This document shows, one piece after another, positions 47,291-58,396 of a DNA stretch of 64,000 nt. The notes beneath the pieces are model-generated. The model was given only the letters and a program-made list of their open reading frames with translations, ran no database searches and was not told the origin of the DNA. The translations under genes and the position numbers were made by a program. The DNA is taken from assembly GCA_046756385.1 (NCBI GenBank), contig JBHHWG010000002.1, positions 2,275-66,274 of the forward strand, given 5' to 3'. The stretch comes from Sphingomonadales bacterium (GTDB lineage: Bacteria > Pseudomonadota > Alphaproteobacteria > CAZZKF01). Numbering within the stretch: position 1 is the first letter of the stretch; every line of letters begins with the position of its first letter.

Positions 47291-48478
47291 CTAAACATGG
47301 TGTGCGATCAAGTCTTCCGCGATCCGGCGCGCATCCCCGTCAGCCCGGGCAACATCCTCCAGACTGTCCAGCGATCCACCGGGGGTCTTCTCCAGCGCGC
47401 CCTCCACCATACGGGCAATATCAAGGAAGCCAATCCGACCGTTTAGAAATCCCTGAACCGCGATCTCGTTCGCGGCGTTGAGGATAGTAGGTGCGCATCC
47501 CCCGGTTTGCAAGGCTTCCCGCGCAAGCCGGATGGCGGGAAAGCGCTCCGGGTCCGGTTGCTCGAATGACAGCTCCCCAATCTCCCCAAGATTCAGACGG
47601 GGCGCGGGCGCGGGAATGCGTTCCGGCCACCCCAGGGCGTAGGCAATGGGCGTCCGCATGTCGGGCGAGCCCAGCTGAGCCAGAACCGACCCGTCCACAT
47701 AGGCCACCATACTGTGAACAACCGATTGCGGGTGAACGAGAATCTCGATTTGATCGATCTCCAGGAGAAACAGGTGATAGGCCTCAACGACTTCCAGCCC
47801 CTTGTTCATCATGGTGGCGGAATCGACCGATATCTTCGCCCCCATGTCCCAGTTTGGATGATTAACCGCCTGGGCGGGGGTCACCGTCGCCATCTGGGGC
47901 CGGGTAAATTCTCGAAATGGCCCGCCGGACGCGGTCAGAATAATTTTTTCGACGGCGCCGGTCCGCTTGAAGTCGAATACCTGGAAAATCGCATTGTGTT
48001 CCGAATCAACCGGCAGCAACGTCGCCCCATGGCTTGCAACCTCTCGCATGAACAGCGACCCGCTGCAAACCAGGCATTCCTTGTTGGCGAGGGCGACCAT
48101 GGCGCCGCGCCTAATCGCCTCAAGGGTCGGTCGAAGCCCCGCCGCGCCGACAATTGCGCCCATCACCCAGTCCGACGGGCGGCCGGCGGCCTCGATAATC
48201 GCGTCGCGACCGGCGGCCACCTCAATGTCGGTGCCGGCCAGCGCCTCTTTCAGTTGAGAATATTTTTCGGCGTCGCCAATTACCGCCAGCCGGGGCCGGA
48301 CTTCAAGGGCCTGCTCGGCCAGCAGTTCAACATTCCGATATGCCGTCAAGGCCTCGACACGATAATTGCCGGGATTGCGCCGGATCAAATCGATGGTGCT
48401 GCAACCGACTGACCCCGTGGAACCCAGTATGGTCACACTCCGGGGATTGGTCGTTATCTGGCGTCCCTCAAAATTCAT
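47291..48478 (-). CDS. dxr: 1-deoxy-D-xylulose-5-phosphate reductoisomerase
   Basis: LGSTGSVG; LANKE; PVDSEH; TASGGPF; HPNW.MG.KISVDSATMMNKGLE; NAANE. Confidence 0.98.
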   Translation of the reverse strand: MNFEGRQITTNPRSVTILGSTGSVGCSTIDLIRRNPGNYRVEALTAYRNVELLAEQALEVRPRLAVIGDAEKYSQLKEALAGTDIEVAAGRDAIIEAAGRPSDWVMGAIVGAAGLRPTLEAIRRGAMVALANKECLVCSGSLFMREVASHGATLLPVDSEHNAIFQVFDFKRTGAVEKIILTASGGPFREFTRPQMATVTPAQAVNHPNWDMGAKISVDSATMMNKGLEVVEAYHLFLLEIDQIEILVHPQSVVHSMVAYVDGSVLAQLGSPDMRTPIAYALGWPERIPAPAPRLNLGEIGELSFEQPDPERFPAIRLAREALQTGGCAPTILNAANEIAVQGFLNGRIGFLDIARMVEGALEKTPGGSLDSLEDVARADGDARRIAEDLIAHHV

Positions 48479-48490
48479 TTCAGCTCCCGT

Positions 48491-49309
48491 TTACGCCAAC
48501 CAATAAGCGGCGGCCGCCGCGACCGGGGCCGCGAAAAGCAGGCTGTCAAGCCGGTCGAGCAGGCCGCCATGTCCAGGTAGCAGAGTGCCGGAGTCCTTTG
48601 CTCCAAACCGCCTCTTTACGGCGGATTCCATCAGATCACCGAACTGCGCCCATGCAGCGAGACCGACCCCCATCGCCCCCATAATCGGAATCGTGCCCCA
48701 ACCCTGTATATGAGCGGCGCCCGCGCCGACCAGCCCCCCGGCGATCGCCCCCCCGATTGCGCCCGACCAGGTCTTGTTCGGGCTGATAGCGGGCGCAAGC
48801 TTGGGTCCGCCGAGATTTTTACCGGCGAAATAAGCGCCGGTGTCACAGAGCCAGATCAGGACCAGCAGCCAAATGATGGCCTCCATTCCATAGACAGTGT
48901 TTTTGCGCAGCCATATCAGCGATATCAGGGCCGGACCGAGATAGAGCAGCGCCAGAAATCCCCAGATCGCCGATCGGCCACCCAGATGCGCCAGCAAGCC
49001 GGAAACGAAGGCAGACGCGACCAGGACCGCGAACGCCACTTGGGTCAGGCCTCCATGGGCCAACCACAGGACGCCCAGCAAAGCCACGACCTGGAATCCC
49101 GCACCCACCGTCTTCCAGTGCGTGGCGGTCAATCTGTTCCATTCCCATGTCATGACCACGGCCGCCACCATCAACGTAGCGACGAAAATCCAGCCCCCGA
49201 GCCAGACCGCGATCAGTGTCAAAGGCACGAAAACCGCCACCGAAACGGCCCTGGGCTTGAGGCTGTTTTGCCCTTGCCGCTCCCGCGCCCTGGTTTGGCG
49301 GTCAACCAC
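48491..49309 (-). CDS. cdsA: Phosphatidate cytidylyltransferase
   Basis: D.GAYFAG..LGGPKLAP.ISPNKTWSG; GDL.ES..KR..G.KDSG.LLPGHGG.LDRLDS; start approximate. Confidence 0.95.
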   Translation of the reverse strand: MVDRQTRARERQGQNSLKPRAVSVAVFVPLTLIAVWLGGWIFVATLMVAAVVMTWEWNRLTATHWKTVGAGFQVVALLGVLWLAHGGLTQVAFAVLVASAFVSGLLAHLGGRSAIWGFLALLYLGPALISLIWLRKNTVYGMEAIIWLLVLIWLCDTGAYFAGKNLGGPKLAPAISPNKTWSGAIGGAIAGGLVGAGAAHIQGWGTIPIMGAMGVGLAAWAQFGDLMESAVKRRFGAKDSGTLLPGHGGLLDRLDSLLFAAPVAAAAAYWLA

Positions 49310-50036
49310 GCGCGGCCCCAAAACGGCGATCCCGCGAATGATATTCCTGAATCGCGCCGATTAAGCTGTCGCGATCGAAATCGGGCCAGTACAGGTCGAG
49401 AAATACAAGCTCGGAATATGCCGATTGCCAAAGAAGAAAGTTGCTGAGCCGCTTCTCGCCGCTCGTTCTGATTATAAGATCCGGATCGGGCATGTCGGCA
49501 GTGTCCAAACTGGCCGCGAACATGCCTTCGTCAATATCCCGTGCGCTCAAGCGGCCTGCCGCCACCTCCGCCGCAAGCCGCCGTGTTGCACTCACGATCT
49601 CGGCATGGGCGCCATAATTAAGCGCGATCACCAGGGTCATCGCCTTGTTTTCGCGGGTTGAGCTTTCCGCCTGCTCAATCAGATCGATGATATCGGGCGC
49701 CAGCCGCTCACGATCGCCAATGAAACAAATGCGAATATTTTTTCGGTCGAGTTCTTTAATTTCCCTTCTCAGATACACTCTGAGAAGGGTCATCAAGTCA
49801 TCGACCTCTCCGGTCGGACGGTTCCAGTTTTCCGAGGAAAATGCGTAGAGCGTAAGATACGAGACCCCGAGCTGGCGGCAAGCCTCGACGGTTTTGCGGA
49901 CCGTGTCCGCGCCACGACGATGCCCTTCGACCCGAGGCAGATTGCGCGCCCTGGCCCACCGGCCATTGCCGTCCATGATGATCGCAATATGCTTCGGCGC
50001 CCGCATGCGCGCCTGCTCCAATTCAGCGGTCAACAT
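49302..50036 (-). CDS. uppS: Undecaprenyl diphosphate synthase
   Basis: HIAIIMDGNGRWA; YAFSSENW.R; PDLIIRTSGE.RLSNFLLWQ.AYSE. Confidence 0.97.
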   Translation of the reverse strand: MLTAELEQARMRAPKHIAIIMDGNGRWARARNLPRVEGHRRGADTVRKTVEACRQLGVSYLTLYAFSSENWNRPTGEVDDLMTLLRVYLRREIKELDRKNIRICFIGDRERLAPDIIDLIEQAESSTRENKAMTLVIALNYGAHAEIVSATRRLAAEVAAGRLSARDIDEGMFAASLDTADMPDPDLIIRTSGEKRLSNFLLWQSAYSELVFLDLYWPDFDRDSLIGAIQEYHSRDRRFGAARG

Positions 50037-50040
50037 GCCC

Positions 50041-50601
50041 CTATACCCGGAGAATGTCTTCCTCCTTGACGGCGAATTCACGGTCTATTTCCCCAATCAT
50101 CGAATCAGTCATCCGCTGGACTTCTTCGGCCCAAAGCTTGTGCTCATCCTGACTCATGTCACCGTCTTTTTCCATGTGCTTGAGCATATCCATGCCGTCG
50201 CGGCGCACGTTCCTGACCGCCACCCGAGCCTGCTCGGCATATTTCGCGGCGACTTTCGACAACTCCTGCCGGCGCTCCTCGTTCAGCTCTGGAATCGGCA
50301 CCCTGACCAGCAGCCCGTCCACCACCGGATTTAGCCCCAGGCCCGATGATCGAATGGCTTTGTCGACCGCCCCGACCATCGACTTGTCCCAAACCTGCAC
50401 TGAAAGCATCCGGGGCTCCGGCACGCTGATGGTGCCGACCTGATTGAGCGGCATTTGGCTGCCATAGGCCTCCACCGTAATCGGCTCTAGCAAACTGATG
50501 GAGGCGCGACCGGTTCGAAGACCGGCAAACTCGGTATGGAGGACATCGACCGCTCCCTGCATGCGGCGCTTGATGTCTGCAAGATCTGGGTCCTGGCCCA
50601 T
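50041..50601 (-). CDS. frr: Ribosome recycling factor
   Basis: LRTGRAS; AYG..MPLNQ; LGLNP; PELNEERR; VAVRNVRRD. Confidence 0.97.
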   Translation of the reverse strand: MGQDPDLADIKRRMQGAVDVLHTEFAGLRTGRASISLLEPITVEAYGSQMPLNQVGTISVPEPRMLSVQVWDKSMVGAVDKAIRSSGLGLNPVVDGLLVRVPIPELNEERRQELSKVAAKYAEQARVAVRNVRRDGMDMLKHMEKDGDMSQDEHKLWAEEVQRMTDSMIGEIDREFAVKEEDILRV

Positions 50602-50602
50602 A

Positions 50603-51328
50603 TTAAATCCTTTCGCGAATTGTCGTGCATCGCCCCTCACCCGAGAGCACCCGCATCAACGACCCTGGCTCATGGATCGAGAACACAACGATGGGAATTC
50701 CATTTTCCCGCGCCAGCGAAATCGCCGAGGCGTCCATCACTCTCAGATCCTTTGATAACACATCCAGATAACTCAACGTATCGTATCTGGTGGCATCAGA
50801 GTCGGTCTTTGGGTCCGCCGAATAAACACCATCGACCTGCGTGCCCTTGAGCAAGCCATCGCATTGCATCTCCGCCGCGCGCAATGCGGCGGCAGTGTCG
50901 GTGGTAAAAAATGGATTGCCTGTCCCGGCGGCAAAAATAACGACGCGCCCTTTTTCCAAATGGCGCATCGCCCGGCGGCGGATATAAGGCTCGCACACCG
51001 AGGCCATTGGAATCGCGGACAGCACGCGGGTGGCGACGTGTTTGCTCTCAAGCGCATTCTGGAAGGCCAGCGCGTTCATCACCGTGGCCAACATGCCGAT
51101 ATAGTCAGCGGAGGAACGATCCATGCCTTCCGCCGCCCCGGACAGGCCGCGAAAAATGTTGCCCCCACCGATAACGAGACAGACCTGCCGCCCGCTCTCC
51201 ACCGCCATGGCAATCTCGGCCGCGAACTGGTCAACTGCCTTCAGATCGATGCCAAAGCCCTGATCTCCCATCAAGGCTTCGCCGGACAACTTGAGCAGTA
51301 CACGATTGTAAGACTTGGGGTGTCCCAT
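50603..51328 (-). CDS. pyrH: Uridylate kinase
   Basis: LLKLSGEAL; GGGNIFRG; [16 protein letters not shown]; VMDA.A. Confidence 0.98.
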   Translation of the reverse strand: MGHPKSYNRVLLKLSGEALMGDQGFGIDLKAVDQFAAEIAMAVESGRQVCLVIGGGNIFRGLSGAAEGMDRSSADYIGMLATVMNALAFQNALESKHVATRVLSAIPMASVCEPYIRRRAMRHLEKGRVVIFAAGTGNPFFTTDTAAALRAAEMQCDGLLKGTQVDGVYSADPKTDSDATRYDTLSYLDVLSKDLRVMDASAISLARENGIPIVVFSIHEPGSLMRVLSGEGRCTTIRERI

Positions 51329-51504
51329 ATCCGCCCTCGGCTTGCGCTATGCCGCCGGGAAGCGGCGCGCCACAGATTGGCCCGCCCCGTCCCCGCAGTT
51401 GTTCTACCGGCAGATGCCACTCGCGCGCAACACCTTAGCGCTTCGGCCCTGCAGCGTACGTTCTCGGATCGCTGGCAAACCCGGTGGCCGGCCGGGGTCG
51501 GAAA

Positions 51505-52434
51505 TCAGCCGTTGCCGGCGACCGCCGCGACTTCGGCTGCAAAATCGCCTTCCTCGCGCTCGATACCCTCGCCCAGGCCATAGCGGACAAAGCCAATGAG
51601 TTCGACGGACGTGCCGAGTTCCTTGGCGACCGTCTCGACCGCCTGCGAAACCTTGCTTTCGCCGTCGATGACCCAGGTCTGATTGAGCAGCACAGCCTCT
51701 TCGAAGAACTTGCGCATCCGGCCTTCCACCATTTTCTCGATGATGTTTTCCGGACGGCCCGATTCGCGAGCCTGTTGCGCCAGGACTTCGCGCTCGCGTT
51801 CGACAATCTCGGGATCGAGATCCTCGACCGAAAGCGACTGCGGATTCGCCGCGGCGATATGCATCGCAATCTGCTTGCCGAGTCCCAAAAGCCTGTCAGC
51901 GTCGCCGTCCGATTTCAAAGCCACCAGAACGCCGATCTTGCCCATGCCGGGCGCGGTGGCGTTGTGGATATAGCTGGCAACGACACCGGGATTGACCGAG
52001 AGCGACGCGCAACGGCGCAAATTCATGTTCTCGCCAATCGTCGCGATGATGTCGGTGAGCTCAGCCTCGACCGTCCGGTCCTTATCCGGATAACCGGTTT
52101 TGACCACGGTATCGAGCTCCCCACCCTGGGCCAGCGCCACTTCGGCGACGGTATTCACGAACGCCTGGAACTGTTCGTTACGCGCCACGAAATCAGTCTC
52201 GGCGTTCACCTCGACGATTGCGCCGGCGCCGCCGTTGACAGCGACCGCGACCAGACCTTCAGCCGCCACCCGGCCTGCCTTCTTGGCGGCAGTCGCCAGA
52301 CCCTTGGTGCGCAGCCAATCAACCGCGGCCTCGAGATCGCCGCCGCATTCGACAAGCGCTTTCTTGCAGTCCATCATGCCGGCACCCGACTTGGTGCGAA
52401 GCTCCTTGACCAGAGCCGCGGTTATTTCCGCCAT
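51505..52434 (-). CDS. tsf: Elongation factor Ts
   Basis: [18 protein letters not shown]; [10 protein letters not shown]; MHIAA..P. Confidence 0.98.
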   Translation of the reverse strand: MAEITAALVKELRTKSGAGMMDCKKALVECGGDLEAAVDWLRTKGLATAAKKAGRVAAEGLVAVAVNGGAGAIVEVNAETDFVARNEQFQAFVNTVAEVALAQGGELDTVVKTGYPDKDRTVEAELTDIIATIGENMNLRRCASLSVNPGVVASYIHNATAPGMGKIGVLVALKSDGDADRLLGLGKQIAMHIAAANPQSLSVEDLDPEIVEREREVLAQQARESGRPENIIEKMVEGRMRKFFEEAVLLNQTWVIDGESKVSQAVETVAKELGTSVELIGFVRYGLGEGIEREEGDFAAEVAAVAGNG

Positions 52435-52510
52435 AATTAACCCCTTTGGTAAAAAGATGCATATTGGGATTTAAAATCCCGAACGATTTACAATCCTCGC
52501 CCCGCTTCGC

Positions 52511-53356
52511 TTACGAAGCGGCCTCGGCCTCCGCGGCGTCGGGCGTACTTTCGCCTTCGGCAGCCGCCTGCTCCGGCGCGGCCGCTTTATCGGCTTCAGC
52601 AACCGGCTCGGCCGGAATTTCCACAACGGGCTCCAGCTCAGCACCGACATCGACGCCGCGTTCGACCATCTCCTGTTCGATTCCATCGAGAACCGCCAGG
52701 CACATCAGGTCGCAGTAAAGGTTAATGGCGCGGATCGCGTCGTCGTTGCCTGGAATCGGATAGTCGATCAAGGCCGGATCGGAATTGCTGTCGACGATGC
52801 CGGCGATTGGAATGCCAAGCTTCTTGGCCTCCGCAATGGCGATCGATTCTTTATTCGTATCGATGACAAACAACACGTCCGGCAAGCCGCCCATTTCGCG
52901 GATGCCGCCCAAGGACCGCTCCAGCTTGTCGCGCTCGCGTGTAAACTTCAGCAACTCTTTCTTGGTCAGGCCGACCTTTTCGCCTTCCATCATCTCGTCC
53001 AGCGACCGCAGACGCTTGATCGACTCGGAAATCGTTGTCCAGTTGGTCAGCATGCCGCCGAGCCAGCGGTGGTTGACGTAATATTGCCCGCAGCGCTTGG
53101 CCGCTTCCGCAATCGGTCCCGACGCTTGACGCTTGGTGCCGACGAACAGCACCCGCCCGCCCGACGCCGCGGCGTCGCGCACAGCGGCAAGGGCGCGGTG
53201 CAGCAAGGGAACGGTCAGCGAGAGATCGATGATATGAACTTTATTCCGGCTTCCGAAAATGTACTCACCCATTTTCGGGTTCCAGCGATGGGTTTGATGG
53301 CCGAAATGCACGCCTGCCTCAAGCAATTGGCGCATCGTGAAGGTGGGCATAACCAT
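52511..53356 (-). CDS. rpsB: 30S ribosomal protein S2
   Basis: [18 protein letters not shown]; RWLGGMLTN; [11 protein letters not shown]; GGAG SD before ATG 53356. Confidence 0.98.
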   Translation of the reverse strand: MVMPTFTMRQLLEAGVHFGHQTHRWNPKMGEYIFGSRNKVHIIDLSLTVPLLHRALAAVRDAAASGGRVLFVGTKRQASGPIAEAAKRCGQYYVNHRWLGGMLTNWTTISESIKRLRSLDEMMEGEKVGLTKKELLKFTRERDKLERSLGGIREMGGLPDVLFVIDTNKESIAIAEAKKLGIPIAGIVDSNSDPALIDYPIPGNDDAIRAINLYCDLMCLAVLDGIEQEMVERGVDVGAELEPVVEIPAEPVAEADKAAAPEQAAAEGESTPDAAEAEAAS

Positions 53357-53359
53357 GCC

Positions 53360-53480
53360 TTGTTTACTCCTGTTCCGGTTAATCCTCCGCGGAATTTTGG
53401 CCGGCTTTTCTGACCGGCACCGGATCGACCCGCGAGCTATTGCTCCGGGCCGCACTTCCGCGCGCGAAATATGGATGCGG
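53360..53480 (-). promoter_or_regulatory. rpsB 5' leader (probable S2 autoregulatory, t44-like element)
   Basis: Long GC-rich leader ending GCGGAGGATTAACCGG before the rpsB SD; supported by position and recalled similarity only. Confidence 0.4.
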
Positions 53481-53549
53481 TAATAGGCTGAACATTCTGC
53501 CAATGCAAGTCGAAATCACGATGATCCAACGAAAGGCGACCGAGCGCAA

Positions 53550-54383
53550 TCAGATCGATGTTTTCGGCTTCATCCTGGCGAGAACCGGATCCACCGGCCC
53601 CTCGATCGTCTCATATCCCACATCGTCGGGAATTCTTAGCCAGGCGCCCTGGTCGGTGTTGAATACCGTGGGCAGCACCCGGACGATCGGCTCCCGGCGC
53701 GCTTTTTCGATTGCCTCCGCCACCGTATTGGCGCGCGCCAGCTTTTCCAGATTGAGGCGGGTCGGGAACACAATGACGGCATCACCGTCTTCGGCCGCCG
53801 TCAGGGCATCCGCCGGTCTGATCCACAGCGAGTCGACGGACTCCGAACCGTCATGCTCGGGCCGATGATCATCGTGCGCGCCAACAAGGAAAAACCGGGT
53901 TTCAAATCTCTTGGGCACGATTTCCGGCGTAACCCAGTGGGCAAACGGAACCAGCAAATCACAAGCCAAAATCAAATCCTCGTCAGCCACCATGTCCGCC
54001 AGCGTCCCTACGCCGGACGCAATGTCGTCGCGGTATTTAACCCTGATCTCAGTCAACCGGTCGCCGGTAATCAGTTCCCCATATCCGCGCCCCCGGGCCA
54101 GCAGGACGCCGCTTTCCTCAAACGCCTCGCGGATCGCCGCGACGGCATAACCGAGACCGTGCTCGCGGAAATGTTCGGCGCCCGCGCACCGGCTCCCGAG
54201 CGCGGGGTCCATGTCGCCAGGGTCGACCTTGCCGCCGGGAAACACCAGGGCGCCAGAGGCAAAATCAATTTGATGGTGCCGCTTGACCATGAACACTTCG
54301 AGCCCCCGATCACTGTCCCGCAACAGCAGAATGGTGGCCGAGGGAATCGGCGGTCCAATTTCGGCGGGCTTCGTTGCACTCAT
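53550..54383 (-). CDS. NUDIX hydrolase (NUDT19-like)
   Basis: SATILLLRD; VFPGGKVD..D; AAIRE.FEE.GVLLA; WVTP...KRF.TRFF; FPT..NL. Confidence 0.85.
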   Translation of the reverse strand: MSATKPAEIGPPIPSATILLLRDSDRGLEVFMVKRHHQIDFASGALVFPGGKVDPGDMDPALGSRCAGAEHFREHGLGYAVAAIREAFEESGVLLARGRGYGELITGDRLTEIRVKYRDDIASGVGTLADMVADEDLILACDLLVPFAHWVTPEIVPKRFETRFFLVGAHDDHRPEHDGSESVDSLWIRPADALTAAEDGDAVIVFPTRLNLEKLARANTVAEAIEKARREPIVRVLPTVFNTDQGAWLRIPDDVGYETIEGPVDPVLARMKPKTSI

Positions 54384-54407
54384 CAGCTTTCACCGTTTGT
54401 CGGGATT

Positions 54408-57400
54408 TCACATCTCGCGGGTATCGACCACTCCGGGAATGGTCGTGATCGCGTCTCGCACCTTTGGCGAAATCGCATACCGTCCCGGTAATGCAATCTC
54501 CACCTCGCGCCGGCCTTCATCGAGGTTTACCACAAAAGCGACAGAGCCTTTTCTGCCAGGACATTTATCCAGTATCCGCTTAATCCCGGCGAGCGTTTTT
54601 TCGCTGTCGATGAAAATTTTCAGCCCGGCGGCAGAGTCGGTTACGACCTGATCCAGAGACTGGATGCGTTGCCCGATCATCTTGAGGGTATCGTCACTGA
54701 GGCTGGCCTCGACAGTGACGATCACCGCCTGGTTAGCGTCCAGAAGCTCCCGGCTGGCATTGAGGACTTCAGAAAACAAAGTGACCTCGAAACCGCCGCT
54801 CGCATCGGACAATGTCGCAAACGCATACGGGTTGCCGCGCGCCGATTTGCGCTCCTGGAATTTTGACACGACACCGGCCAGCTTGAACCGGCTGGCGCCC
54901 TTGGCGACCCGGGCCATGACTTCGGCGGCCGCAACAATGCCCTGCTTTTCCAGCGTTTGGGCATAACCGTCCAACGGGTGTCCACTCAGATAAAATCCGA
55001 TCGCCTCGCGCTCGCGCTCAAGCTTGTCGATTGATTGCCAGTCGGGCACATCGGGCAGGTTTGGCCGGTCGTGGACGGCGGCGTCGCCCCCGAACAAATT
55101 GGTCTGCTGTGACGCCCGCTCAGCGGTCACGCTGACGGCATGCCGTAACAGCATCTCGATCGAGTCATAGGTCTGGGCACGGTTGGCCGCCATGGAATCG
55201 AAGGCGCCGGCCTTGATCAGGTTTTCCATCAGCCTCTTATTGATCGCCCTGGGGTCGACCCGCTCCGCAAAATCGATCATATCCTTGAAACGCCCGTTGA
55301 TGGCCCGCTCCTCCACCAGCATTTCAATCGCCTGTTTGCCGACATTCTTGATCGCCGCCATCGCATAGCGCACGCAAAGCGCCGGCTCGGTCCCACAATC
55401 GCCGCGTTCCGCATACGTTTGCTGGTCGCTCTCCACCGCGAACCCGGCGAACGAATAGTTGACATCGGGCGGCAGCAGCCGGATTTCCAGCCGCTCCAGT
55501 TCAGCGGCGAAAATCGCAAGCTTGTCCGTGTTACCGAGGTCGAGCGTCATCAACGCCGCCATGAACTCGACCGGATAGTTGGCCTTTAGCCATGCCGTCT
55601 GGTAGGCGACCAGCGCGTAAGCCGCGGCATGCGATTTGTTAAATCCGTAGCCCGCGAATTTCGCCACCAGATCGAAAATAAAGCTGGCCTGTTTCTTCTC
55701 GACCCCCTTCTCCACGGCGCCTGAAACGAACCGCTCCCTTTGGGCGTCCATCTCGGCGGCGATTTTCTTGCCCATCGCTCGACGCAACAGGTCGGCTTCG
55801 CCCAGCGAATAGCCGGCGAGAACCTGCGCGATTTGCATCACCTGTTCCTGATAGATGATGACGCCGTTGGTCTCCTTGAGAATGTCGGTCAGCGTCTGAT
55901 GAAGATAATCCGGTTTCTCTTCCCCATGCTTGCGCTTGATATAGGTCGGAATGTTATCCATTGGCCCCGGTCGATACAGGGCGACGAGCGCGATGATGTC
56001 TTCGAAGGCGTCCGGCTTGAGCTGGCGCAAAACATCGCGCATGCCCGACCCTTCGAGCTGGAAAATACCGACCGAATCGCCGTGGCTCAAAAGCTCATAA
56101 GTCGACCTGTCGTCGAGTGGCAGCGTCGCGATGTCGATTTCAATGCCGCGATCCCGGATCAGCTTGACCGCGTGGTCAATGACCGTCAGCGTCTTGAGGC
56201 CCAGAAAGTCGAACTTCACCAGACCGGCCTTTTCCACCCACTTCATGTCAAACTGCGTGACCGGCAAATCGGAACGCGGATCGCTGTAAAGGGGCACCAG
56301 TTCGTCAAGCGGCCGATCGCCGATCACCACGCCGGCGGCATGGGTCGAGGTGTGGCGGAACATGCCTTCAAGCCGCAGGGCGATATCCAGCATTCGGGCC
56401 ACCGATGCGTCGGTATCCCGCTCGTCTTGAAGACGCGGCTCGTTCTCCAGCGCTTCGCTCAGCGTGACCGGATTGGCCGGATTATTGGGCACCATTTTGC
56501 AAAGCCGATCGACCTGACCGTGCGGCATTTCCAGCACCCGCCCCACATCGCGCATCACGGCGCGGGCCTTGAGCTTTCCGAATGTGATGATCTGGGCGAC
56601 CCGGGTCGATCCATATTTCTCCTGGACATAGCGGATCACCCGATCCCGCTTGTCCTGGCAGAAGTCGATGTCAAAGTCGGGCATCGACACGCGTTCCGGG
56701 TTCAGAAAACGCTCGAACAGCAATCCGAAACGCAACGGATCGAGGTCGGTGATCGTCAGCGCCCAGGCCACAACGGATCCCGCGCCCGAGCCACGGCCCG
56801 GCCCCACGGGCACATCGTTTTTCTTGGCCCAGCGGATGAAGTCGGCGACGATCAGAAAGTATCCGGGAAAATCCATCTCGATGATGATCCCGAGTTCCTT
56901 TTCCAATCTTTCCCGATAGGGTTTGGTCGCCTCGGCACGCGCCGCGTCGTCAAGATCGTCGGGCAGTGCCACCTTCAGCCGCGCCTCCAGCCCCGCGTTC
57001 GCCTGTTTGCGCAACTGGTCGGCTTCGCTCAGTCCATCGTTGGCCGGGAATTTCGGAAGGATCGGCGCATGAAACTGGACGCCGAAGCCACATCGCCGGG
57101 CGATCACAAGGGTATTGCCGATAGCCTCGGGCAAGTCGGTGAACAGCGCCTTCATCTCAGCGGCTGACTTGAACCGGTGATCGGACGTCAGCCTGCGACG
57201 GTCCTGCTGACCGACATACACACTATCGGCGATGCACAGCAACGCGTCCTGAGCGCTAAACATCGACTCGTCGACAAAATACGCCTCGTTCGTCGCAACC
57301 AGCGGCAAGTCGTGGTCATAGGCGAAGTCCAGGAATGCCGCTTCCGTGGCGCTCTCCTCCCCCATGCCGTGGCGCAGGATTTCGACATAAAGGCGGCCAG

Positions 57401-57911
57401 GGAAAATCTCCGCCAGTTCCCGCAGCAAGCGCTCGGCCTCTTCCATCTGGCCGTCAAGAATGCGCGCGCCGACCGGCCCGCCTGGCCCCCCTGTCAGGGC
57501 GATCAGTCCACCGGCATCGGCGCGCAATTCGTCGAGCGTGACATGAGGCGGCTGCACGCCGTCGGTGCCCAAATGGGCGTGGCTCACCAGCTTCATCAGA
57601 TTGCGGTAGCCGGTCTCGTTCTGGGTCAGCAGAACAATCGGTTCGGCGACTGCCTTCTGGCCGGTGCTGTCGCCCGGTTTGCCGACCATAAGGCCCAGGG
57701 TGCATCCGACAATCGGTTGCACGCCGGCGGCCGCCATCGTGTTCGAGAACTGTAGTGAGCCGAACAGGTTGTTGGTGTCGGTGATCGCCACCGCCGGCAT
57801 GTCGTGCCGACCGCACAGCTCCGCCAACTCGTTTATGTGGATCGCGCCCTCAGAGAGCGAGAAAGCGGTGTGGACCCGCAAATGAACGAAATCCGCATGT
57901 GCCACTGGCAC
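54408..57911 (-). CDS. dnaE: DNA polymerase III alpha subunit
   Basis: FVHLRVHT.FSL.EG (PHP domain); GPGRGSGAGS; FERFLNPERVSMPDFDIDF; YGFNKSH; OB fold. Confidence 0.98.
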   Translation of the reverse strand: MPVAHADFVHLRVHTAFSLSEGAIHINELAELCGRHDMPAVAITDTNNLFGSLQFSNTMAAAGVQPIVGCTLGLMVGKPGDSTGQKAVAEPIVLLTQNETGYRNLMKLVSHAHLGTDGVQPPHVTLDELRADAGGLIALTGGPGGPVGARILDGQMEEAERLLRELAEIFPGRLYVEILRHGMGEESATEAAFLDFAYDHDLPLVATNEAYFVDESMFSAQDALLCIADSVYVGQQDRRRLTSDHRFKSAAEMKALFTDLPEAIGNTLVIARRCGFGVQFHAPILPKFPANDGLSEADQLRKQANAGLEARLKVALPDDLDDAARAEATKPYRERLEKELGIIIEMDFPGYFLIVADFIRWAKKNDVPVGPGRGSGAGSVVAWALTITDLDPLRFGLLFERFLNPERVSMPDFDIDFCQDKRDRVIRYVQEKYGSTRVAQIITFGKLKARAVMRDVGRVLEMPHGQVDRLCKMVPNNPANPVTLSEALENEPRLQDERDTDASVARMLDIALRLEGMFRHTSTHAAGVVIGDRPLDELVPLYSDPRSDLPVTQFDMKWVEKAGLVKFDFLGLKTLTVIDHAVKLIRDRGIEIDIATLPLDDRSTYELLSHGDSVGIFQLEGSGMRDVLRQLKPDAFEDIIALVALYRPGPMDNIPTYIKRKHGEEKPDYLHQTLTDILKETNGVIIYQEQVMQIAQVLAGYSLGEADLLRRAMGKKIAAEMDAQRERFVSGAVEKGVEKKQASFIFDLVAKFAGYGFNKSHAAAYALVAYQTAWLKANYPVEFMAALMTLDLGNTDKLAIFAAELERLEIRLLPPDVNYSFAGFAVESDQQTYAERGDCGTEPALCVRYAMAAIKNVGKQAIEMLVEERAINGRFKDMIDFAERVDPRAINKRLMENLIKAGAFDSMAANRAQTYDSIEMLLRHAVSVTAERASQQTNLFGGDAAVHDRPNLPDVPDWQSIDKLEREREAIGFYLSGHPLDGYAQTLEKQGIVAAAEVMARVAKGASRFKLAGVVSKFQERKSARGNPYAFATLSDASGGFEVTLFSEVLNASRELLDANQAVIVTVEASLSDDTLKMIGQRIQSLDQVVTDSAAGLKIFIDSEKTLAGIKRILDKCPGRKGSVAFVVNLDEGRREVEIALPGRYAISPKVRDAITTIPGVVDTREM

Positions 57912-57971
57912 GCCTCCTGAGGTCGCAACCCGAAAACGCGGACGCCGCCAGGCGCCCGCGGGAAGTGAAAT

Positions 57972-58376
57972 TTACCGCCAGGCCGCGATGATGACGCCCA
58001 TGGCGATATAGGTCACAACGGGCTGGCCGGCATTAATGAGGTAAAGTTTGAAGGGCGTGCCGCTGAACAGCGCTCCCATCCCCATCGTGGTGGCGACGAA
58101 ACCAAGGCCCACCACCAGGCCGACATGCGCCCCCGCGGCCAGTGTGGTTGCGCCGGCCCAATGAATGGCCACCGCAATCGCGGTCGCCTGCACCAGCGAT
58201 AGCAGGGTCGAAATCACATAAGCCTTTTTAGGATCGCCGAACCCTTCCTTGGGCATTTCAACCAGCTTCATCCAGGCCTTGCCGAACAGCAGCGGCGAAT
58301 ACCACAGACCGCCGATCACCATCCCCGCGACAGCCGAAACCACAATCGCCAGATAATTCAGTTCCATACCAAACAT
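57972..58376 (-). CDS. DUF1761 family membrane protein
   Basis: NYLAI.V.A...M.IG.LWYSPLLFGK.W; four hydrophobic segments; LYLINAG. Confidence 0.8.
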   Translation of the reverse strand: MFGMELNYLAIVVSAVAGMVIGGLWYSPLLFGKAWMKLVEMPKEGFGDPKKAYVISTLLSLVQATAIAVAIHWAGATTLAAGAHVGLVVGLGFVATTMGMGALFSGTPFKLYLINAGQPVVTYIAMGVIIAAWR

Positions 58377-58396
58377 GATCGCCCCCTTTGGTTGTG

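Noticed and set aside
54408-57911. Intein or unusual insertion in DnaE
   Set aside because: Length is normal (1167 aa); only a short variable loop, with no intein terminal motifs
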